A stretch of DNA of 56,946 bases, from positions 1 to 56,946 of the forward strand of contig DVIM01000040.1 of NCBI GenBank assembly GCA_018711265.1. The letters run 5' to 3'. Position 1 is the first letter of the stretch. The number at the start of each line of letters is the position of its first letter. Origin of the DNA: Candidatus Spyradocola merdavium (GTDB taxonomy: Bacteria; Bacillota; Clostridia; Christensenellales; UBA1750). The notes below the pieces were generated by a model, which saw only the letters and a program-made list of their open reading frames with translations, was not told the origin of the DNA and made no database searches. The translations under genes were made by a program, and so were the position numbers. Shown here in pieces: positions 9,137 to 16,141 of the stretch.

Positions 9137-11323
9137 TTAGGCGTCCGCATACGGCGCGGTGAGGGCGAGGAAGCGGTCGAACTGCTCCTGCGTCATGCGG
9201 AAGTAGACCGTGTTCGACGAGACGCCCTCGCCGGTGGCGTAGTCCTGCAGCACGAAGTAGGTCAGGCCCACGATGGGTTCGTCCAGGGAGTCGATCTGCG
9301 TGGAGCAGTCCCCGAGCAGGTCGAGCAGGGCCAGGAGGTCCTCCCGCGCCGCGGGCCCGGAATCGGCCGCGCCGTCGTAGTCCGCGGGCACGGCGTCGGA
9401 CAGGCCCATCTGCATGTCCAGCGCGCGGCCGGCCGCCCCGGGCTCGTAGATGCGGAACTCCGCCTCAGCCCAGAGCTGCGCGCCCGGCTCCGCGCTGCGC
9501 AGCCAGGCGGCGGACTCCCGCAGCGCGTCCAGCGCAACGGCGTCGTGCGGCTGCGCCTCCTCGCCCGGGGACGCTGCGGCGGCGCTCTCCGCGTTGACGC
9601 GCTGCACGGCCTGCAGGAACGTCTGCGGCGTCTTTTCCGTGATCGCGTAGGAGGTGTAGAAGCTCTGGCCGTCCGCCACGCCGGAGAGGCTGAAGGCCAG
9701 GTTGCTGTCCTGCAGGTCCGACGCGGGCACCAGGTCCGAGAGGTACGTCGGCAGCGAGAGCTGCAACAAGAGCTGGTCCGCGTAGGACAGCGCGGCGTAT
9801 TCCTCCCGGTAGAGCGCGAAGAAGTCCCGGTCGTCCTGCTGGCTCCAGCCCGGACCGTCAACGGCGAGGATCTCGTCCTCGGCTGGCAGGCGCGTCAGGA
9901 CCTCGCGGTAGGCGTCCTGCTGCAAGAGCAGGGCCGCAAGGCGCGCAAGATCGCCGTCGCGGAAGTTGACGCGCCGGGTGATCTCCTCGCCGGAGCGCAG
10001 GTGGAACCGCACGCCCATGGGGAAATAGCTGCTGCCATAGCTGGAATCGGTGCGGCCGTCGTACATCGCGACGGTCGAATCTAGCGCGCCCGTCAGCACG
10101 GAGAGGAGCTCCTCGTCCTCTGCGTCCACATCGGAGACCTGCAGCTCGGCATAGCTCTCCATGCCGCCGAAGGGCTCCATGCCCAGGTTCGCATACGCGA
10201 CCTCCTCGGCGGCGGGGACGACGCGCAGCATCCGCTCGCCCACCGCGCGGCCGAGCAGCGGCAGGCCGAATCCCACGACCACCACGACCGGCAGCACGCA
10301 CAGGGCCGGCAGGAGGTTGCGCGCCTTCCGGGTCGTCACGAGCTCATAGATGAAGTAGACGGCGAGCGCCAGCAGGAATAGCGGCCAGAAGAACGCGGCG
10401 TCCGAGAAGAGCAGGCGCCAGTCCTCCGAGGCGAGCATCGCCCCGAGCACCAGGAACACGGGCAGCGAGATCGCGCAGCGGTAGACGTGCTGCAGGACGC
10501 AGTTGGGCGCGCTCTTGCCCGCGGTCTCCGACGCGCGGAAGTGGTGGAAGAAGCCGGCGAGGACCGTGTAGCCCAGCCCCAGCACGCCGGTGTAGAGAAT
10601 GCCCGCGCCATAGCGCATGGATTCCTCCAGGGAGAGGTCGCCGATGGCGCCGAAGGAGAGAAGGGTCGCCACGGCCGAGGCCGGAAGGTTCAGGCTGTAG
10701 TTGAACACCGGGCCCAGGTCCCAGGTGTAGAAGATGGGCGCGACGGATTCGAGCATGGCGCCGGCCAGCACGCTGATGAAGCGCGGAAGGAACAGCACAA
10801 TGCCCGTGACGATGAACGCGGAAAACCGCGTGCCCGTGGCCGTGATGCCGACGAGCGCGCAGCCCATGACGAGCGCCGCACAGGCGGTGAAGTACAGGAA
10901 CTGGTCCGGAACGTAGGACAGGTTGATGGGCCGGCCGCAGAGCGCGTAGACCAGGCAGGCGCCCAGGAGCGAGAGGACAATCGTGCCAACCAGGTACGTC
11001 AGCACCGCGAGCACCCGGGAGACGTAGAGGCACTCCCGCGTCAGCGGCAGCGAGTGATAAAAGTCGGAAGCGTTTCGCCGCGTCAGGAACCCGAAGGCCG
11101 AGTAGACCAGCGTCACCGGCGCAACGTAGACAAAGAGGAAGAGCGGCGGGGAGAAGTCGCTGATCCCCGGCTGCGTCAGCCGGCCGGAGAGCGAATCGAG
11201 CAGGGCCGGGACGATCGTGAACACCACGCACAGCACCAGGTAGATGCTCCCCATGAGCCGGAGCTGGCGCAGCGTTTCCACATAGAGCCCGGGGTGAAAG
11301 AGCATGGAGCGGTTGCGTTTCAT
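9137..11323 (-). CDS. ABC transporter permease-like membrane protein with large C-terminal extracytoplasmic domain
   Basis: 728-aa ORF. The N-terminal ~350 aa are strongly hydrophobic and multi-span. The C-terminal ~370 aa are soluble and acidic. Lies 11 nt downstream of the ABC ATPase gene. Confidence 0.7.
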   Translation of the reverse strand: MKRNRSMLFHPGLYVETLRQLRLMGSIYLVLCVVFTIVPALLDSLSGRLTQPGISDFSPPLFLFVYVAPVTLVYSAFGFLTRRNASDFYHSLPLTRECLYVSRVLAVLTYLVGTIVLSLLGACLVYALCGRPINLSYVPDQFLYFTACAALVMGCALVGITATGTRFSAFIVTGIVLFLPRFISVLAGAMLESVAPIFYTWDLGPVFNYSLNLPASAVATLLSFGAIGDLSLEESMRYGAGILYTGVLGLGYTVLAGFFHHFRASETAGKSAPNCVLQHVYRCAISLPVFLVLGAMLASEDWRLLFSDAAFFWPLFLLALAVYFIYELVTTRKARNLLPALCVLPVVVVVGFGLPLLGRAVGERMLRVVPAAEEVAYANLGMEPFGGMESYAELQVSDVDAEDEELLSVLTGALDSTVAMYDGRTDSSYGSSYFPMGVRFHLRSGEEITRRVNFRDGDLARLAALLLQQDAYREVLTRLPAEDEILAVDGPGWSQQDDRDFFALYREEYAALSYADQLLLQLSLPTYLSDLVPASDLQDSNLAFSLSGVADGQSFYTSYAITEKTPQTFLQAVQRVNAESAAAASPGEEAQPHDAVALDALRESAAWLRSAEPGAQLWAEAEFRIYEPGAAGRALDMQMGLSDAVPADYDGAADSGPAAREDLLALLDLLGDCSTQIDSLDEPIVGLTYFVLQDYATGEGVSSNTVYFRMTQEQFDRFLALTAPYADA

Positions 11324-11334
11324 GCGCGCACCTC

Positions 11335-12234
11335 CTATCGGATTTCGTCGTCAAAGGCATAGCCCAGGGATTCCATCTCGTAGAGGAAGACCTCCTCCAG
11401 CGAGAGGGGGAGCACCTCCAGCAGCACGGGCGACTTCGTGCGCAGCGCCTGCGTCACCGCCTCGCGGTCCCCGCGCACGATCAGGTTGGAGACGGAGCCG
11501 TGCTTTGTGAAGTTCAGCACGTCAAAGCCCGAAAAGACCGTGTGGTCGTAGGCATGGTCAAAGGCGATCTGCACCTTGAAGAGCGTGGTCTTGAGCTTCT
11601 GCACGTCGCTCTCCAGCACGAGGCCGCCCTTGTGCAGCAGCGCGAGCTGGTCGCAGGTGTCCTCCAGCTCCCGCAGGCTGTGCGAGGTCAGCACCGCCGT
11701 GCACCCGCGCTCGGCCACGTCCGCGTAGAGCAGCTTCTTGACCAGGTTGCGCAGGATCGGGTCGAGCCCGTCGAACGTCTCGTCCAGAAACAGGAAGTCC
11801 GCCCGGCAGGAGAGGGCCAGGACCATGGCCGCCTGGCGGCGCATGCCCTTGGAGAAGGTGTTGAGGTTCGCATTCTCCTCCAGATGGAAGACCTGCAAGA
11901 GCTCCGCATAGCGCGCGGAGTCAAAGCGCGGATAGACCGCCGCGTACGCCTTCTTCATGCGGGCCAGGCTCGACTGCGGCAGGAAGTAGAGCTCGTCCGG
12001 GACAAAGGCGAGGCGGGACTTTAGCTCCGGGTTTTCATAGATGTTCTTCCCGTCCAGGGTCACGTTTCCCTTGTCCGGCCGGTAGATGCCGCAGATCAGG
12101 CGCAGCAGCGTGGACTTGCCCGCGCCGTTGGCGCCCACCAGGCCGTAGACGCACCCCTCGGGGATCGTGCAGTCCAGACCGGAGATCGCCGGAAAATCGC
12201 CAAATCGCTTGGTAAGGCCGTTGACCTGTATCAT
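11335..12234 (-). CDS. ABC transporter ATP-binding protein (ABC-2/YtrB-like)
   Basis: 299-aa ORF with Walker A GANGAGKST, signature FSKGMRRQ and Walker B FLFLDETFDGLD. Its start overlaps the GntR stop. Confidence 0.85.
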   Translation of the reverse strand: MIQVNGLTKRFGDFPAISGLDCTIPEGCVYGLVGANGAGKSTLLRLICGIYRPDKGNVTLDGKNIYENPELKSRLAFVPDELYFLPQSSLARMKKAYAAVYPRFDSARYAELLQVFHLEENANLNTFSKGMRRQAAMVLALSCRADFLFLDETFDGLDPILRNLVKKLLYADVAERGCTAVLTSHSLRELEDTCDQLALLHKGGLVLESDVQKLKTTLFKVQIAFDHAYDHTVFSGFDVLNFTKHGSVSNLIVRGDREAVTQALRTKSPVLLEVLPLSLEEVFLYEMESLGYAFDDEIR

Positions 12235-12617
12235 GTTGCCCCTCCTTGTTTCGCTTCGTTGTAGGCGCGCGTTATGGCGGAGACGATGTCGGAAAGCGGA
12301 ATCCCCGCCTGCGCGAGCTGGCCGGTCTTTTCCGCGACGTCCCGGAGCAGCGCCTGCCGGCTGGCGCGCAGCGCTTCCGGCGCGCCCGGGGAGATGAAGC
12401 GGCCGTTGCCCGGGACGCTGTAGCAGAGCCCCCGGCGCTCCAGCTCGGCATAGGCCTTTTGCAGCGTGTTGGGGTTCACGGACAGCTCCACCGAGAGGCT
12501 GCGCACGGAGGGCAGCAGGCTCTCGGGCGCAAGGTCCCCCAGGGCGATGTGCATCTCCACCTGCTCGATGATCTGCTCGTAGATGGGCACGCGCGAGTAC
12601 TTGTCGATGGTGAACAT
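12231..12617 (-). CDS. GntR family (YtrA-subfamily-like) transcriptional regulator
   Basis: 128 aa from MFTIDKYSRVPIYEQIIEQVEMHIALGDLAPESLLPSVRSLSVELSVNPNTLQKAYAELE (GntR wHTH). Short C-terminus as in YtrA-type regulators. AAAGGAGGGAGG RBS. Confidence 0.85.
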   Translation of the reverse strand: MFTIDKYSRVPIYEQIIEQVEMHIALGDLAPESLLPSVRSLSVELSVNPNTLQKAYAELERRGLCYSVPGNGRFISPGAPEALRASRQALLRDVAEKTGQLAQAGIPLSDIVSAITRAYNEAKQGGAT

Positions 12618-12636
12618 GGCCTCCCTCCTTTTGTGT

Positions 12637-12655
12637 GTACTATGCCATATAGTAC
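12637..12655. promoter_or_regulatory. Candidate GntR operator (7-bp inverted repeat)
   Basis: GTACTAT-gccat-ATAGTAC, a perfect inverted repeat 20 nt upstream of the GntR start codon. Confidence 0.45.
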
Positions 12656-12729
12656 AGTTAGAGCATAGCGGGAAACGCCGCATTTGTCAAGAAGAAACGC
12701 CGCGCGCCGGGAAAAAAGGCGGGAGAACG

Positions 12730-12758
12730 TTGCGGCGGAGCGCTTTGCGAGGTAAAAT
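12730..12758 (+). promoter_or_regulatory. Candidate promoter of eutH-like gene
   Basis: TTGCGG, 17-nt spacer, TAAAAT. Confidence 0.4.
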
Positions 12759-12793
12759 AGAACCCAGCAAGATGCGAAACGGGGGACGAAGGA

Positions 12794-13882
12794 TTGGACA
12801 ACAAGGCGATTCTCTGCGTCATCGCGGTTTTTTTCGCCGTTGGCGGAATAGACGATCTGATCGGGAACCGGCTCGGGCTCGGGAGCGTCTTCCTGGAGAC
12901 GCTGCAGAAGATGGGCATGATCCTGCTGGGGGTGATGGGCATCTATTCGCTGGCCCCGGTCGCGGCCGAGTACGTCGGCGCGGCGGTGACGCCGCTTGCG
13001 GACGCCCTGCACATGGACCCCTCGGTCTTTCCCGCAATGCTCTTTCCGGTGGACATGGGGGGATTCCAGCTCGCGGTCGAGACGGCGAAGGACCCCCGGA
13101 TGGGCCTGGTCTCGGGCGCGCTCATCGCGTCCCTGTGCGGCGCGACGGTGGGGTACACCGTCACCGTCGCCTCGACCGTGATGGACAAGCGCTTCTTTCC
13201 GCAGCTGGCGCGGGGAATCCTCTCGGGCATGGCGGGCATCCCGGTGGGGTGCGTCGTCGGCGCGGTGCTGGCGGGGGTGCCGCTCCCCGCGGCGCTGTAC
13301 AACTGCCTGCCCCTCTGGGTGCTGGCGGGGCTGCTGATGTGGGGGCTCCTGTGCGCGCCGGAGAAGATGACCAAGGGCTTTACGGTCTTTGGCCGCATCC
13401 TGTCGGCCATTGCGGTGGTGGGCCTGATCCTGCAGGCGGTGCAGATGCTCACCGGGTGGACGATCCTGCCCGGCATGGCCTCCGCGCAGGAGGGGCTGCG
13501 CCTTGTGGGCACGATCATCTTCATCATGACCGGGGCCATGTGCCTGCTGACGGTGCTCAGCCGGGTCCTGCGCCGCCCGCTCCGGTTCGTCGCGCGGAAG
13601 ATGGGCGTCGGCGGGGAGGCGGTCACGGGCATCCTGAGCGCCGCGGTCTCCGTCACCCTCACCTTTACGCAGGTCGAGAAGATGGACGAGCGGGGGCTGA
13701 TCGTGGTCTGCGCCTTCTGCGCGACGGGCGCGCACGTCATCGGCGGGCAGCTCGGGGTCGTCGCGGACCTTGCGCCGGAGATGGTGGGGCCGTTCCTCGC
13801 GGCCAAGGCCGTCGCCGGCGCGGTCGGGATCGCGCTGGCGCTGGTCCTGACCCGGAACAGGCAAAACGCCGCGCAGGCGTAG
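12794..13882 (+). CDS. EutH-family (ethanolamine utilisation protein H-like) membrane transporter
   Basis: 362-aa polytopic ORF with a TTG start. The N-terminal ILCVIAVFFAVGGIDDLIGN and FPVDMGGFQLA segments resemble E. coli EutH (..MFFMLIAAVDRI.., ..ACDMGGF..). Confidence 0.7.
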   Translation: MDNKAILCVIAVFFAVGGIDDLIGNRLGLGSVFLETLQKMGMILLGVMGIYSLAPVAAEYVGAAVTPLADALHMDPSVFPAMLFPVDMGGFQLAVETAKDPRMGLVSGALIASLCGATVGYTVTVASTVMDKRFFPQLARGILSGMAGIPVGCVVGAVLAGVPLPAALYNCLPLWVLAGLLMWGLLCAPEKMTKGFTVFGRILSAIAVVGLILQAVQMLTGWTILPGMASAQEGLRLVGTIIFIMTGAMCLLTVLSRVLRRPLRFVARKMGVGGEAVTGILSAAVSVTLTFTQVEKMDERGLIVVCAFCATGAHVIGGQLGVVADLAPEMVGPFLAAKAVAGAVGIALALVLTRNRQNAAQA

Positions 13883-13887
13883 GGGCC

Positions 13888-13978
13888 GGCGCCCACACTG
13901 TGGGCTTTGGCGCCCGCACTGTGGGTTTTGGGCGCCCACACTGTGGGCTTTGGCGCCCACACTGTGGGTTTTGGCGCC
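13888..13978. repeat. Tandem array, ~4.3 units of 21-22 bp, each containing the palindrome GCCCACA-C-TGTGGGC
   Basis: Read directly: units at 13888-13908, 13909-13929, 13930-13951, 13952-13972, plus a partial GGCGCC. Unit ends alternate CTTT/TTTT, giving a ~43-bp higher-order period. Confidence 0.9.
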
Positions 13979-14006
13979 GGATTTGCGCGGTTTGGACAGA
14001 ACCTTG

Positions 14007-14035
14007 TTGTAATCTCAAAGGACGTGTGCTACAAT
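14007..14035 (+). promoter_or_regulatory. Candidate extended -10 promoter
   Basis: TTGTAA, 17-nt spacer, TGcTACAAT, about 32 nt upstream of the ATG at 14067. Confidence 0.5.
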
Positions 14036-14066
14036 CAGTCCAAACTCAAGAAGGAGGCAGGCGCAG

Positions 14067-14318
14067 ATGAAGAAGTGGAGGACGGGCGTGCTGGCCGCCG
14101 CCGCTGCCGTGCTGGTCCCGCAGACGGCGAGCGCGCAGGAGGGAATTCTTCCCGTGCGGCAGGTTCTGATGGGCGCGGAACGCGTGCAGGCCTACTGGGT
14201 GCTGGGCGCGTGCTCGGCGCTGTTCGTGGTGCTGATTTTCGTCTGGAGCGTCCGGCTCAAGCGCGCGTCCCAGCAGGCGACCCCCATGCCGCGCCTGCCG
14301 CACCGCGTGCGGAAATAG
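14067..14318 (+). CDS. Small secreted/membrane-anchored protein, unknown function
   Basis: 83-aa ORF with an AAGGAGG RBS 8 nt upstream. Signal peptide ..VPQTASA-QE. C-terminal TM YWVLGACSALFVVLIFVWSV followed by a basic tail. Confidence 0.6.
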   Translation: MKKWRTGVLAAAAAVLVPQTASAQEGILPVRQVLMGAERVQAYWVLGACSALFVVLIFVWSVRLKRASQQATPMPRLPHRVRK

Positions 14319-14325
14319 GAGGAAC

Positions 14326-14368
14326 AAACGGGCAGCCATCGCCAAGCGATGGCTGCCCGTTTGCTTTG
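14326..14368. terminator. Bidirectional hairpin terminator
   Basis: Perfect 17-bp stem AAACGGGCAGCCATCGC caa GCGATGGCTGCCCGTTT between convergent genes. Confidence 0.75.
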
Positions 14369-14379
14369 CCGGGGGCCGG

Positions 14380-15012
14380 TCAGGGCGCGTCCGCCGGCGC
14401 GACCAGGTCGGCAATTTGCAGGCAGAGGTCCAGGTATTGCCGGCTGCGCGCGTCGTCCATGCCCTCGGCGCGGGCGGCGATGCGGCGCGTCAGCGCCTCG
14501 GCCGGCGCCAGGCGCAGCGAGGCCTCCAGCGGCAGGGAGCGCGCGCGCTGGAACGGGTCCGCGCAGGGGAGCCCTTCGCTGCGCAGCTCCTCCAATACGC
14601 TCCGCACGCGGTCCGGATGGGACTTGAGCAGCGCGCGGTACTTGTTTTGCAGGCGGAGGGCCGCGCTGCGGTCCCCGCCGCCCATGGCGGTCACGCAGGC
14701 GCGCACGGAGATGCCCTTGCCCTGCGCCATGAGCACCTCGCGCAGGAGCAGGTCGATCTCCTCCGGGGAAAAGGGCTGAAAGGGCAGCGCGCGGCCGGTG
14801 GGGACGTCCTCCGGGGCCTGGCCCGCCTTGACCGCGGCGTAATAATAGTTGCGGATGCTATTGGCCTTGCGCCCCGTGCGCGCAGCCAGGCGGTCAAAGG
14901 CCGCGCGCAAGGGCTGGCCCTGGGCGCAGCAGGCGCGGACCTCCTGCCAGAGCAGGGCGGTTTCCTCCTCGCTCCAACCGTTGTGTGTGGGCAGTTGCAG
15001 GACCTGACTCAT
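14380..15012 (-). CDS. Myb/SANT-like (RsfA-family-like) DNA-binding protein
   Basis: 210 aa from MSQVLQLPTHNGWSEEETALLWQEV.. (AAGGAGG RBS). GWSEEE..LLW..IRNYYY is a Myb-like repeat, and a second helical repeat follows (FSPEEIDLLLREV..LQNKYRALLK). Confidence 0.65.
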   Translation of the reverse strand: MSQVLQLPTHNGWSEEETALLWQEVRACCAQGQPLRAAFDRLAARTGRKANSIRNYYYAAVKAGQAPEDVPTGRALPFQPFSPEEIDLLLREVLMAQGKGISVRACVTAMGGGDRSAALRLQNKYRALLKSHPDRVRSVLEELRSEGLPCADPFQRARSLPLEASLRLAPAEALTRRIAARAEGMDDARSRQYLDLCLQIADLVAPADAP

Positions 15013-15172
15013 GAAATGGCCTCCTTGCGAAATGGTTTCTTGCACATCCTGTATTCCATAAAGAGTATGCGCACAAACCGCGCGCCTTATGCCATTTCTG
15101 CAAAAAACTTCTTCCCATTCCGGCCGCGGATGGGGTATACTGAACGCAAAAAAGAGCGGAGGGAAATCCCAC

Positions 15173-16141
15173 ATGCAGATGCCCTGGATCTTGCAGAGCG
15201 CCGTGGAGCGCGAACTGGAGGGCTGCCCGGCGCAGGCCGTGCGCGCCGCGGCGCTCGACCTCTCCCGCAGGTATCGGGAGAGCGGGCGGGCGCCGGACGG
15301 CGCGCGCCTTGCGCGCAGCGAGGAGGAGGTGCGCGCCTATGCGGCCTTCCGCATGCCGGCGACCTATGCGGCGGTATCGCGCGCGCTGGAGATCGCGCGG
15401 GAGGCCGGCCTGCCCGGCGCGCAGACGCTCACCGACGTCGGCAGCGGCAGCGGCAGCGCCTTCTGGGCCGTGCGCCAGGCCTTCCCGGCGCTTGCGCAGG
15501 CGCGCCTGCTGGAGCGGGAGGCCGGGATGATCGCCCTGGCCAAGCGCCTTGCCGCGGAGCAGGAGGGCTGCCGCGTGGAGTGGATCGCGGGGGACATGCG
15601 CCAGACGCCCATCCCGCCGGCGGACCTTGTCACGGCCTCCTACTGCCTGGGCGAACTTCGGCCGGAGGACGCAGAGACGGTGGCGCTGCGGCTCTGGGAA
15701 GCCGCGGGCCGCGCGCTGCTCCTGGTGGAGCCGGGCACGCCGGAGGGCCACGCGCGCATCCGGCGCTATGTGGGCCTGCTCGCGCAGCGGGGCGCGCAGA
15801 TCCTCGCGCCCTGCCCCCGGGGAACGGAGGCCTGCCCGCTCGGGGACGCGGACTTCTGCGCCTTCACGGTGCGCGTGGAGCGCACGCGCCTGCACCGCTT
15901 CCTCAAGGACGGCGAGCTGCCCTACGAGGACGAGAGCTTCTCCTTCCTGCTGGCCGCGCGGGAGGCGGGCGCGCCGCCGGCGGCGCGCGTGCTGCGGCGG
16001 CCCCGCGTCCACTCCGGGTTCGTGGAGCTCTCCCTCTGCCGGGCGGGCGGCGCGGCCTGGGAGAAGGCGACCCGGAAGAGCCCCGACTTCAAGCGCGCGC
16101 GCAAGGCCGAGTCCGGCGACGGCTGGGGAGAGGGGACCTAG
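15173..16141 (+). CDS. Class I SAM-dependent methyltransferase, Rsm22-like family
   Basis: 322 aa from MQMPWILQ. LTDVGSGSGSAFWAV is SAM-binding motif I. Overall layout resembles bacterial Rsm22 homologs, including a C-terminal Cys cluster (APCPRGTEACPLGDADFCAF). Confidence 0.65.
   Translation: MQMPWILQSAVERELEGCPAQAVRAAALDLSRRYRESGRAPDGARLARSEEEVRAYAAFRMPATYAAVSRALEIAREAGLPGAQTLTDVGSGSGSAFWAVRQAFPALAQARLLEREAGMIALAKRLAAEQEGCRVEWIAGDMRQTPIPPADLVTASYCLGELRPEDAETVALRLWEAAGRALLLVEPGTPEGHARIRRYVGLLAQRGAQILAPCPRGTEACPLGDADFCAFTVRVERTRLHRFLKDGELPYEDESFSFLLAAREAGAPPAARVLRRPRVHSGFVELSLCRAGGAAWEKATRKSPDFKRARKAESGDGWGEGT

Noticed and set aside
13888-13978. Could the 21-22-bp tandem repeat be a CRISPR array?
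   Set aside because: The repeats are directly adjacent with no unique spacers, the unit is too short, and no cas genes are present in the window.
12943-14779. ORFs translating the repeat array into PTVWAPK / HTVGFGA peptide repeats (12943..13962 -, 13737..14018 -, 13907..14779 +).
   Set aside because: They overlap the EutH-like gene or the well-supported small membrane protein gene and terminator. They lack RBSs, and their repeat peptide is simply the translation of a DNA palindrome array.
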